Below, piece after piece: positions 1 through 14,470 of a DNA stretch of 64,000 nucleotides; position 1 is the stretch's first letter, and every line of letters begins with the position of its first letter. This DNA comes from Macrostomum lignano. Taxonomy: Eukaryota. The notes under the pieces were generated by a model. That model saw only the letters and a program-made list of their open reading frames with translations, was not told where the DNA came from and did no database searches. The position numbers and the translations under genes were made by a program. The stretch is from positions 310,001 through 374,000 of the forward strand of contig NIVC01000382.1 in assembly GCA_002269645.1 (NCBI GenBank). Direction: 5' to 3'.

Positions 1-1100
1 CACCAAGCTAAATGATCCGGAACCAAGCTAGATGATCCCACACCAAGCTAAATGATCCGGAACCAAGCTAGATGATCCCACACCAAGCTAGCTCGTAGAT
101 GATCCCACACCAAGCTAGATGATCCGGAACCAAGCTAAATGATCCGGAACCAAGATAGATGATCCTAAACCAAGCTAGATGATCCCAAACCAAGCTAGAT
201 GATCCCACACCCATGTAGATGATCCCACACCAAGCTAGATGATCCCAAACCAAGCTAAATGATCCGGAACCAAGCTAGATGATCCCACACCAAGCTAAAT
301 GATCCGGAACCAAGCTAGATGATCCCACACCAAGCTAGCTCGTAGATGATCCCACACCAAGCTAGATGATCCCAAACCAAGCTAGATGATCCCAAACCAA
401 GCTAGATGATCCCACACCAAGCTAGCTCGTAGATGATCCCACACCAAGCTAGATGATCCCAAACCAAGCTAGATGATCCCAAACCAAGCTAGATGATCCC
501 ACACCCATGTAGATGATCCCACACCAAGCTAGATGATCCCAAACCAAGCTAGATGATCCCGCACCAAGCTAGATGATCCCAAACCAAGCTAGATGATCCC
601 AAACCAAGCTAGATGATATCAGACACCAAGCTAGATGATCCCGCATCAAGCTAGATGATCCCACACCAAGCTTGATGATCCCAAACCAAGCTAGATGATC
701 CCACACCAAGCTAGATGATCCCACACCAATGTAGATGATCCCACACCCATGTAGATGGTCCCGCACCAAGCTAGATGATCCCACACCCATGTAGATGATC
801 CCACACCAAACTAGATCATCCCACACCAAGCTAGATGATCCCACACCAAGCTAGATGATCCCACACCCATGTAGATGATCCCACACCAAACTAGATCATC
901 CCACACCAAGCTAGATGATCCCACACCCATGTAGATGATCCCACACCAAGCTAGCTCGTAAATGATCCCACAACAAGCTAGATGGTCCCACACCAAGCTA
1001 GACGATCCCACACCCATGCAGATGATCCACACCAAGCTATATGATCCCACACCCATTTAGATGATCCCAAACCCATCCAGATGATCCCACACCCAGCTAG
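1..1100. repeat. 20-bp minisatellite (ccacaccaagctagatgatc)n, truncated by window start
   Basis: A 20-bp period is directly visible (e.g. 841-900). Variant units are interspersed and the array degenerates near 1100. Confidence 0.95.
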
Positions 1101-2074
1101 ATAATCGCACAGTTGAGAAAACTACCGCGAAAAATTCCAGATCAGTTCTTACTGATCTTATTCTCATAATCTGACTGATTCAAAGCATCCCCATTAAATC
1201 TTACAGAGTATTCCCATGTAAAATCTATTTTTTTTTTACACTATACAGCAAGAGAACTCCATAAAAGTAGCTGACATAAAAATCGATAACCATACAGATT
1301 AGCAAGGTAACTGCTGTTGTCTGTACATGCCAGGCACAACAATTAATGACAGACTGACTGCTATTGTGCGCATAGATCTCGTAGCTTCTTGTTGAGTGCT
1401 TTTAGAAGAGACAGAGAATGTTGGGGATTTTTTAAAAAGCGAGAGAAAAGAGAGGGAACTAGGAGAGCGGGAAACGAAGGAGGCGCTGGACGTCATCTGG
1501 CATGTCGCCACGCCCTAACACGGGGCTATGCTGTACACACGGCTTCTCTGGTTATTACGTAACAGCACCAGTAGTAACTCTCATGTTTACTTCGCTACAT
1601 GTAGCCTATCCCTGTATCCATCTCTACCCCCCAATGCCAATTTTGCGCCTTCAATGTTTAGTTTGTAGTATAGGCATTAGGGTATAGATTTATTGCATGT
1701 GTGACGGCATGAAGTATTAAGGATTTTAATAACTAGGGATTATGGATAATGTTAGCCTAGTCTATCACCCCTGAAGGCTTTTTGTCGTCGTTGTTTTTTA
1801 TTATTATGCATTTTAGAAATCCGCCCGCAGATTAGGGTAGTGGGACTTAGCCTCAGTAGATTACTAACGCAGATCTCTGTACGTTCGTATGCATGAGAAA
1901 CAGGATACTCCCCGAGTGTCTTCTCGGGCTGGTGAGTGCGACATCGACTGGTGGCTTTGAGGGATTAGACTGATCGCCTTGATGTGCAGGGCTGAGGGAC
2001 AGCTCCCAGTGTTCTCTCCGCACCCGGAGGCTAACAAATGCAGATTATCCGAGAGAGTGTGAAGCTGATGACAA

Positions 2075-2171
2075 TAGATAGAAAGATAGATATATAAATA
2101 GATATATAGAAAGATAGATAGATAAAAAGATAGATAGGCAGATAGATAGAAAGATAGATAGATAGATAGAC

Positions 2172-2256
<85 letters not shown>

Positions 2257-2257
2257 C

Positions 2258-2293
<36 letters not shown>

Positions 2294-2305
2294 TAATAGA
2301 TAGAC

Positions 2306-2340
<35 letters not shown>

Positions 2341-2341
2341 C

Positions 2342-2396
<55 letters not shown>

Positions 2397-2421
2397 CAGA
2401 TAGATAGATAGATAGATAGAC

Positions 2422-2505
<84 letters not shown>
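2075..2505. repeat. (GATA)n microsatellite
   Basis: Near-pure GATA run with occasional GACA. Confidence 0.97.
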
Positions 2506-2809
2506 CAAGCGATAGAAAAAACTACCGCTAGCTTGCAGGCACGAGCGTGCCAAGCCAACAAATCCTCTTAGCGCTAAGGTATCTTCGTGAGTTAATATCC
2601 GCAGCAAAAATCTACATGTATTTCCTTTAAATAGGAAATTGTGTTTTCCAAGAAATTGCATAATCTTCTCGGTCTTGTGCACGATAGCAAAAAGCAAAGC
2701 GTAATCTTTAGATTTCGTGTTCCGCAATAAGGCGGTGATTATTTTAAGCTGATTGTCACATTGGAGATTCAGTCTGCGAAATGTGTCAGACATGCGAGCA
2801 CAATTTAGC

Positions 2810-3650
2810 CTCTCTCTAACTCTACCTACTTCTCCTTACCTAACTGTCTCTACCTCCCTACTTCTCTCTGTCTCTCTCTACCTCCCTCTACTTCTCTTCA
2901 CCTCTCTCTACCTCTCTCTATCTCTCTCTACCTCTCTCCACCTCTATCTACCTCTCTCCACCTCTATCTACCTCTCTCCACCTCTATCTACCTCTCTCTA
3001 TCTCTCTCTACCTCTCTTTACCTCTATCTACCTCTCTCCACCTCTCTCTACCTCTCTCCACCTCTATCTACCTCTCTCCACCTCTATCTACCTCTCTCCA
3101 CCTCTATCTACCTCTCTCTATCTCTCTCTACCTCTCTTTACCTCTATCTACCTCTCTCCACCTCTCTCTACCTCTCTCCACCTCTATCTACCTCTCTCCA
3201 CCTCTATCTACCTCTCTCTATCTCTCTCTACTTCTCTCTGTCTCTCTCTACCTCTATTTCTCTTCACCTCTCTCTACCTCTCTCTATCTCTCTACCTCTC
3301 TCCACCTCTATCTACCTCTCTCCACCTCTATCTACCTCTCTCCACCTCTATCTACCTCTCTCTATCTCTCTCTACTTCTCTCTGTCTCTCTCTACCTCTA
3401 TTTCTCTTCACCTCTCTCTACCTCTCTCTATCTCTCTACCTCTCTCCACCTCTATCTACCTCTCTCCACCTCTATCTACCTCTCTCCACCTCTATCTACC
3501 TCTCTCCACCTCTATCTACCTCTCTCCACCTCTATCTACCTCTCTCTATTTCTCTCTACTTCTCTTCACCTCTCTCTACCTCTCTCTACTTCTCTTCACC
3601 TCTCTCTACCTCTGTCTACCTCTCTCTATCTCTCCCTCACTTTCTCTACG
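2810..3650. repeat. C/T-rich 10-bp repeat (ctctctctac / ctctatctac / ctctctccac) with higher-order duplication
   Basis: 10-bp subunits are visible. The 319-aa ORF over it is a low-complexity by-product. Confidence 0.9.
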
Positions 3651-4250
3651 TCTTCCTATCCTACCACTCTCTACCTCACCTTATCTCTTCCGAACTGTTC
3701 CTGTTTCCTTAAATTCCCCACCTTATCTTCCAGCAATGCTCACACTATCTCCAATTGCCTCATCCCTCTCGTCGCAGCTCCACTTGAAATCATCAGCCTA
3801 TAAGCTTCATCCAACTAACTTAATTAGTGTAAACCTAAATGTGTTGCCAAACAAATGTTTGCCTGCTCCCTACCGAGCCAGTAGCGCTGGGAATGCAGCT
3901 CGCCGCCGCTTAGAAAACCCGAATGGCTATTTAAGTAAGTGTCAATCATCGCTTCGGTTTGCCAGTCACCGGCTGCTTTCACTTAGCAGCGCAAATGCAT
4001 CTGATATGGATTTCTTAGTCTAATGCGGTTTCTCTCTCGCGACCAATATGAGGCGCGCGTAAATCATTTTCACTTTTGGGCTATCAATTCGCCATTTTCC
4101 TTGTCACCATTTCTTTGGTCAAGATTCTGGCATGTTGAGCCCACTGTATCGATTTTGCTTTTTACTTTACACAATAGGCGATAGAAAGTAAGTAGTTAGT
4201 CTGCGTTGAAATGTACGAGCGATAGGGAAGTGCAAAATGAAATTTATTCA

Positions 4251-5480
4251 AAGTCACGAGACGCTCAGGTTTCTCGGGCATTGTCGCCACCAAGTGACGT
4301 GATGCTCCAACTTTTTTGGAATCATCGCCACCAAGTGACGTGATGCTCCGGTTCTATCGGGCATCATAGCCACCAAGTCACGTGATGCTCCGTTTCTATC
4401 GGGCATCGTCACCACCAAGTCACGTGATGCTCCGTTTCTATCGGGCATCATAGCCACCAAGTCACGTGATGCTCCGTTACTATCGGGCATCGTCAACACC
4501 AAAGTCACGTGATGCTCCGTTTATATCGGGCATCGCCACTATCAAGTCACGTGATGCTCCGTTTATACCGGGCATCGCCGCCACCAAGTCACGTGATTCT
4601 CCGGTTTCTCGGGAATCGTCGCCACAAAGTCACGTGCCTATAATAAATCATATTTTACAATTACATCGCCTCACTGACTGCTTTTTGGCCAATAAAAGCT
4701 CAGTAAACTTTTTTTCATTCAACTTTTTTTAACGTACGAGTAGAAACAAACAGACTGATTCCAGTTCTACCAATTCAGGTGCAACCCATAATTAGCTCGT
4801 AAATGTACAAGAAAAAATGACCCAAGCAAACCTCAATTTTATTTCTTCAGCAGAGACATTTGCGTCTTTAAAAAATCAGAGAGCAATGCTGTATAATAGA
4901 TGAAAAAATCCGAAGATATGCAGCCCAATCAGTTTTATTTCAGATTCGCTAGGATTTTAGCTACATTTATTTTTTTTAATGATTCACCAGTAAAGTTTTA
5001 CGCTTTATACGCAAATTAGAAACTTTGGATTAATTTTCTGCTTTTGAATTTGATTTGTGCAGCAAACCAGTTGACACAATATTCCCTTTATGTTTGGTGC
5101 AAATTTAAAAGTAGAAAATCAGTTCATTTATTCATTTATGAGTGTGGTTAAATAGTGGACAAATAAGATCGGTAGTACGACTGCTAGCGACAATTTGGAA
5201 ATCCAGAAAAAAATTAAGGAAAAAAGAAAGAAAACTGGCATCTCAGAGGCGCTAAAATGATAGTTACGAGATTTTCATGGCAAAGTCAGAGAGATAGTAA
5301 CGTCACGTGACTTGCGGGCGAAGATGCCCGATAAAAAACTGAGCGTCACGTGACTTGGTGGTAGCGATGCCCGATAAAAACGGAGCGGCACGTGACTTGG
5401 TGGTGGCGATGCCCGATAAAAACGGAGCGTCACATGACTTTGTGGCAACGATGCCCGATTAAAACTGAGCGGCACGTGTC
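4251..5480. mobile_element. Foldback-like element: two inverted arrays of a 42-bp E-box-containing unit around an AT-rich spacer
   Basis: 4251-4637 holds about 9 units of ccaccaagtcacgtgatgctccgtttctatcgggcatcatag. 5302-5480 holds about 4 units of the reverse complement. No TSD or transposase was identified. Confidence 0.5.
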
Positions 5481-6029
5481 TTATCTATTTATCCTATTCA
5501 TAGATAAATATGTCTAACTTAGGGATAAAAATTATAGAAAAAAATAATTCAGAGAAAAAAACCAGCATCTGATGGCACTAAAATATTAGAGTTTTTTGGC
5601 TAATTTCCGGTCAAATAGGGTCAAATCATTATCGATAAAATTCCTTGCCAAACTTTTAGTGCGCGTTTTCAGTCTGTGCTGATGCGCAGGCCTCAGCTTT
5701 GACTGACAGCAGCGGCAAGGCGGATGTGCCGTCCCATCAGCCAATGGCCCACCAACCTCACTCTCCCCACTCTGTCAATATCTCCATATCAATAACCCGC
5801 GGAGTACTAGAACACTATACTTAGTTGCCATGCAAAAGAATCAACAACGAATATAGCTATCACTAATTGAACTACAATTTGGCAGTAACAACCCTATATC
5901 TGTACCAATGAGGCAATTTTGTTGGCTCAAGGAAACAATATGACGTGAAAAAAAGATTTGCTTTAAAACTAAAACTGATTTCATCTTGTATATATAGGCA
6001 ACCCGAAACTTTTTTGTTCGTCCACCTGA

Positions 6030-7545
<1,516 letters not shown>

Positions 7546-10500
7546 AGTACCAGCTTAACTTTCACTTTTTAACTTCCTGGCAGCCCTTAGCAGTAATTTC
7601 CGAACTCTCCCCTGACTGTTTTTAACAGCTGAATCTACAAGACCCGGCAGGCAGACGCGCATTGCAATGACTTATAATGCTCCACTTTGAAGCAGTTTTT
7701 TTGTCGTTTTTTTGTGCGTCTCCCTTGCAGACAGCAACTGCAGCGGTCTTCAACGCGGCCCTCATGTGAAATTTTCGGCCATTTTGACTCGGCGGCTTCA
7801 TCGCCTTTAGTCGTGATCGGCTGTGACGGGATAGCGACAGTCTGGGAACCGATCCCCTTTCCTGAGAGAGAGAGAGAGAGAGTGAGGGCAGAGAGCTGGG
7901 GCCAAAGCAATTGCGGCGCGTTTCTCCCAATGGGAATCGATGTTTTTCATCTTATCAGTTTTTTAGCTTCCAAAACAATTCTTTTCTAACCCGCAAACAC
8001 GCGTGGAGCCCCCTAGGCATGTGCCTCGGTCCTCTTTGCCCGTTTTAATTGCAAAGGTAAACGGGGGAGAGGCGGGTTGGCGGGCACTGCGCTGAAAGAG
8101 GCGGCCAGCGCAGGCAGCAGAGACGGACAGGGACAGGGCGAGTCAAGGTGTGAAGTCGAATGATTTCTTGAAAGCAGCAAGCAGCAAGTCTGCTGTTTCG
8201 TTAGTCAGAGCCTTTTTGGGGTCGTTTCTATCCTAAGTTTTTGACTGGGAAGCGTTTGGTGTGTTGTTAATTCTTGTTTTTCCTAGCGGTGGTCCTCTGT
8301 GCCCCCCCTATGCAGTGACCTCTCCGCCCTGACGAATGTCTGCCGTCTGTGCAGTGGCTGATTGAAAGATCCAACAGGCGCAGGACATGCATGATCTTGC
8401 GTCACTGTCAATCTAACGGCGTCTCAGTGACTCGCTTTTATTTATAGTTCAAAATGTTTTGCTTGTGTTGAAAAAGAAAATTAATGTTAGCTTTGAATCC
8501 GAACAAATGAATTTCATTGCAAAAATGGATTTAGATTGCTCACCGAAACGTGAATGTAAAGTAGTGCTGAGAAGAGACTAGCGGCTGTCTAGGATAAGTC
8601 TTCTTACATAGTCCCGTTTGACCTCCGGCTTCAGCCATGCCTTCGCTATATGGCGTGTTGGTATTAAAGCAGTGCAGCACGTTTTCGCACAGCGGGTCCA
8701 CATCCGGTATGTTTAGCTGGTTAAACCATATTAAGATGCGCTGAGAACTCTCAGCTAGAAGGTGTACCTCGCAGGAGAAATTCGCTGGATAAGGTTCTAG
8801 GCCGAATCGATGCGAATGAATCTCAGCCGCTCGAACGGGCACCTGCATCACTCCTTTGCGTCCAATTATATCATCGCGATAAATGCAGTCGCGAGTCAGA
8901 TAGACTGAAATTCATGACATTATTTTGACTCAATCTCAAAATGTATTATATCTTCACACTACACTTCTTAAACTAAACAGGATGCAGGACAATTAACTGC
9001 TAACTAATGAATTACTCAGTCTTGATTCGTAATACTACGCCTAGAGTCATACACATTAAATGAAACTATTTTCAACACCATACACACTACAAGGATACTG
9101 ACAAAAGTAGCGTTTGCAGGGCTACATGTACATGTACATATACTATGTACACGCATAAATATAGAATGTAATTTCGAATGTTTAGGAAACTGACAAATAC
9201 TAAACGGATTTTGTCATTGTTAACTTTAATTAAATCCTTATTAAACTAGTATTTTTATGTGTATTTCAGAAAATATGAGTGATTAAGCTGATACAAACTT
9301 TACTCACAGCGTTTTTTGTCTTCATCCGTAATTGTTGTCACTGACGGATTAATGACCCGCCACAGAAATATTAACATTAGAAAGCACCAGCTATTCATTT
9401 AGTCGGATTTGTGATAGTTTTCACAGTTACATGGTGAATAATTACTATTATTGACGGATATGACCATACAGAACAACAGAAGTAAGATAAAGTATTAATT
9501 CTAATTTAAGTCAAATGCTGAACATAAAGTTAAAGCGGTGCGAAATGTGAAACTGCGCTAACAGCAAATCATATTGCATTGAAAGAGGCCGAAAAATGAC
9601 TTTTTCTTGTTGTTTTAAAGTATATTTGAGAAATGAAGCAACTTTTTAAAACCTTATTTAAAAAAAGTGTTTTAAAGTTTTGTTAAAAGCTGTAATATTT
9701 TTAAAACCTCGCTGTACTGAACAAATTTGTACGTGCAACTTGCGTGGCACGCATTCACATAACATAATAAGATGTTAAAGATTTGTGAATGATTTTGTCA
9801 TTGTGAGCATAGCTTTGCATTTAAAATTAGGAGCATTGGCAAATGGAGAATAATGACTTGCAACATCAATCTCTTTTTTTATTTGGATATAGGGGCCTAT
9901 ATTGACAATACAATAAATATAGGCCTATTTAATAAAGTAATGTCACTGACTTTTTTAGATTAGGCCTGGACCTGGATATCATTATCAACACTAAAGTTCA
10001 CAAAAAGTAAATTTTGTTGAATATATACAAAGTTTACCCATGTAGGCATAGTATTTTTTATCAATTTCAACAATAATTGCTTAGTTAGTATACTTGTTTG
10101 ATACCATCAAAAGTACTAGGGCCTAGCAATACTTGACTTTATATTCATACCTAAAAATAAGTACTAGTTGTTTCGTCTGCTGACAGACAAAAAGTTTTCT
10201 CTTTTTAAAATTGTTCCTCTGCTGGGAAATGAGAATAAGAGTAGGATGGGACATACATGCCCAACACCTGTCTAACCTGTCTAAACTGGGCAAGTCTAGT
10301 GAAATGGCCACCAGCCAAGGTAGGGACCTAAGTTGCAATATCAAAAATTCAAAAAACAAAAAATTGAGGGGAAAAAAAGAAAAAGAAAAAGAAAAAGGTA
10401 CAAGAAAAGAGGAAAAAAGAGAGGGAAAAGAGAGAGAGAAACAGAGAAAGAAAAAAAAGCAAGAAAAGTCATATACAAAGTGAATATTAAGTTGCAATCA

Positions 10501-11655
10501 AATAAACTAAATCACCATCAAGGGAACTAAGTCGCAAATCTGAATTCTAGACAAAACTAAATTGCATCAAATGGCTAAAATTTTGAGGTTCGGCATACAT
10601 GGGATAAAAATACAAAGTGAGATTATGACTGCACAACAAGCTCGTTGATATTGTTAAAATGTTGCAAAGGTTGGTCTTTTCAAATATGACAAGCTATACT
10701 AGTTTATAGATATTAGGCCTAGGGCCTAGGCTAAGCCTATGGTAAAGGGTTTAGAAAGGGAGACATGGTATGCAACAATTCTAGATTTGAAGTGAGGCAA
10801 ATGTTTTGCATTCAAGAATTGTTAAATAAGAAATAAAATTTGTTGATATTTATTTATTTTTATAAATTTTCAATAGCTTTGGTTTCATTGGTTTCTAATG
10901 AAGCTTATTATTCTTCTTGTAGATGTTATAACTTATATGTATAAAAAAGTCTAAGCCTATTAAAATGATAGAACACATTATATTTAACAATATTTATAAA
11001 TATTGTAGGCCCTAATTAAGTGGCTCCTTATCCCATTCTCACCCAACCCCACTGCTATTCCTATCTTTATCAATAGCTAGGTGCTGACCAATTTGGTGAT
11101 AAACAAATTTGGTGGCCGAGATTCAAAATAGACAAATTCAATGAAAGCAAATTTAGCAACAATCTAGGAAAATTTGGTGATAATTAATAAAAGAAAAACA
11201 ATTAATTGTATATAGTCATATATGCACAACTTCCAAAATTTAGTCAGCTGTATAACTTAGTTTTAACAAAAAATGCAATGTAGTTTTTGGATGGGCATTT
11301 TTGCAACTTACCTTGGTTGCCTGCCAAATTGGTCAATTGGATCAGCCAACTTGGCCAACTATTGTGCATGTCTATATATATATATAAATAGATTTTGGCT
11401 AAATCACAATAAAAATTGGTTAAGAATTGCAGTCTCTAGAGTATTATTGACATTCACACAAACCTTAAAGATTTAGTATATTTAAATACTCAGCTTTCTA
11501 TTTTAATTGAGTTTGTTTTATATCATTTATCTTTCTGCCTTTTTATTGCAGTTTCCAAGACATTTTTTTTATTATAGGGTCAAGGCAGCCTCAAAAGCAA
11601 AAACCTTTGGTACTTAAGAAAAAAAAGAAAAAAAGAGTTTTGGTATGTTTATTAA

Positions 11656-11826
11656 CATGCTTGGGCGCAACCTTGGGATTCGCCCGGCCGTTTCTATTGG
11701 CAACACACGCATGTAAGTCGCTATTGGCTGAGAGCAGTCACGTGACTACTGTTCTGTCCAATAGCGACTTACATGCGTGTGTTGCCAATAGAAGCGGCCG
11801 AGTGAATCCCAAAGTTGCGCATGTAT
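11656..11826. mobile_element. 171-bp palindromic MITE, copy 1 (9-bp TSD, Mutator-like)
   Basis: Near-perfect hairpin 11665-11820 centred on GTCACGTGAC (11737-11746). Direct repeat gtttattaa at 11647-11655 and 11827-11835. A homologous 171-bp copy lies at 14300-14470. Confidence 0.85.
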
Positions 11827-14299
11827 GTTTATTAAGGTCTTTCCAGTGGCTATAATGTCTGCAAAAAGCTGGGATATGCAATAATGTCATAAAAAGAAAA
11901 AATTAAAAAAAAATTGTTATTATCGCTCTACTACTATATTCTTGAAAATGTAGGATGTTCAATTTAACAAAACACATTTTCAGTCATTATTTTCTACTTT
12001 AAAACTTTTACAAGCATTATAAAAAAGTATTATTATATATATAACTCACTTTAACTTATTTTAGCTATAAAAACTTGTCACCAGATTTCCTTAGATTGCC
12101 ACCAAATTTGCCTAAATTGTTGCCATATTTGCTTTTGCCAAATTTGTCCATGTGAAATTTCTATTGCCAAATTTGTTTTTTTGTGAATTTGCATGGATCT
12201 TTCTTAGTCTATTCCCTAGCAAACAAATAGTTTTAGAAAAAAACTTTTTGGGCAATTCCATGAGTATGATGGTTGTAGCTTGATGACTTTGAACTTTAAT
12301 TCTAACACGAAAAAAATACTTAAACTAGAGTTTTTTGTCTCAAAAGAACAATTCTGTAATGCAGTCTAGGGAAAACAAACATTTCTGCACACAGAAATTT
12401 ATTTTAAACAAATGGGACACGATTTAGTCACTTTAGTGGGCGCAACGGTCGTAGCCACAGAATTGAGCACAGGTGCAGTTGGAAAAAAAGAATTTTAAAT
12501 CCTGAGAATTACAACTGCTTAGGTATCTAAATTGGTCTGTTTCTGATAAAAAACACTAGCACCTTGAAAAAAAGAGACAAAGCTAGGCGTAGTACTCTTT
12601 TTTATTAATTTTTATGATTATTTTTTGTTGTGACGGTCATAGCGTGACAGTCGTAGCCTTCAATTTACCCACTCTAACCAACTCGGAAAAATTAAAAACT
12701 GCATGTAACACAAACAAAAAAAGACTACTAAAGGTCATAATTCAAATTGTACACCAATGTTACGTATTTCAACAGTAATTATAAGTGACTAAAATCATTA
12801 TTATGGGGGTCATTGTTGGAGCTTCTGATGGAAGGCTGCTGGACAATGACCCCAGTTGGCTATCCCATCAAGCGAGTCGCGACCCCTGGCATCCATCTGG
12901 TAAATGGTGCCAATCCAACGTTAAAATGTGTGCAATTTAACTATAAAATGAGTTAGAAAATGCATTTGAATTAGAAAATGGTAAATTGACTACTAGGAAA
13001 GTAACTGCTATGAGCAACTGGGAGAATAGCAAAACGCTGACAGCAAAATGAACAGTAGTTGGGGTGAACAATCATTAGCCCAGGTGAACAAAGTCAAGGG
13101 CATTTAGTCACGCATAGTCAGGGGCAGATACACACCAATAGTGAACAGTTATTTAATCAGACAGCTGCAGACATATAGCCACCCAGTCGGGATACAAATT
13201 ATAGTCAAACTCAAAATGGGATGGGGAACTCAAAGTGCCCACAATTGTTCTTGGGCGTGGGGGGCTGAAGATGCTGCAAAACTGAATATATGGTACATTG
13301 AAAGTTTAATAATGCCTTTAACTTGATTTCAATTCGTAAAAGAAGATGATATGAAAGTATACTAGCTGGTATACCATAGAGTGTCATTAGATACAAAATT
13401 CCTATGATGGTTGTAGCTAACTTTGCAGACTTTTTTCTACTAGCCCTTAAGACTTATGTGAACCAAATTTTACCAAATAAAAGTACACATGAAAGACTAA
13501 TTTTTTGTGCATTTTTACAATAGTAGGTCTTACAGGAAAGCCAAGAAAAAACTTTTTAGATTTTTTTGTGATGGTCGTAGCTATACTACAGTTTTTAAAC
13601 TTTGAAGTCCAATATTCATTGTCCTATGAACTTTACATTAAAAAGAAAGATTGCAATAAGCTGCAAAAGACACACTTAACGTATAGAAAAAAAAGTATGG
13701 CTCAATGAAATACCAAACAGCCAGGGAATGAAATTATATTTGTTATAAGAAAAGCATTAATATATTTAGGTCCGGGTGAAGGGTATGCACATTTGGAGCA
13801 AAAAATCAAATGAAAAAAGGCAGCAGATTAAAAAAAAATAAAAAGGACAAAAATATACATTTTAAACTATATTATAAACATAAAGTTGTCATTATTCAAC
13901 AATTTTTTAATTTTTGTCCTAGTGGTGACCCATTCGTGGAATTGCCCTTTTATTTACTTAATAGACAAACCATTAATATATAAATGAACTAAATGCTTTT
14001 AAAACTAATATAAATAGCATAGTTAAAATTTATTATAGGGCAAATTCTAAAGAGTAAATACCCAAATAAGGGATGGGAATAGAGGTTGCATCTATATTTT
14101 GGCAAAATATGCTTGGTCTTTTTTTCATTCTTTAGGTCTCTAGTATTTAGTAAAAAGGAAAACTAATGGACTGCTTCCCTTTTGGCTTTGGTATACCTTT
14201 TATATTAAAAAACTTTCTTTTTGATATTTATATTGAATAGGTATTGTATATTAAGCCTTATAATATATGCCTATAATTAGTATTAGATAGGCTAATGCC

Positions 14300-14470
14300 C
14301 ATGCTTGTGCACAACCTAGGGATTCACCTAGCTGTTTCTATTGGCAACACACACATATGAGTTGCTATTAGATAGAATAGTAGTCATGTGACTGCTCTCA
14401 GCCAATAGCAGCTTACATGTGTGTGTTGCCAATAGAAATGGCTGAGTGGTTCCCAAGGTTATGCATATAT
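14300..14470. mobile_element. 171-bp palindromic MITE, copy 2 (decayed)
   Basis: Aligns end to end with copy 1. TSD gctaatgcc at 14291-14299 and 14471-14479. Many C>T and G>A changes. Confidence 0.85.

Noticed and set aside
2293-2793. 166-aa minus-strand ORF as a transposase fragment
   Set aside because: Half of it is (TATC)n translation, and the remainder shows no motif I recognise.
7560-8900. GC-richer stretch with about 100-aa ORFs on both strands and a (GA)n tract
   Set aside because: No recognisable protein motif or consistent exon chain was found. It may be a promoter/UTR or TE remnant, but I cannot support a call.
12806-12853. Hairpin ggggtcattgt...acaatgacccc as a pre-miRNA or ribozyme
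   Set aside because: It has only an 11-bp perfect stem, is too short for a pre-miRNA and lacks a ribozyme core.
12250-13947. Possible DNA transposon bounded by gggcaattcca(t/c)ga inverted ends
   Set aside because: The inverted match is only about 14 bp, the flanks are T-runs that make a TSD uninformative, and there is no internal ORF.
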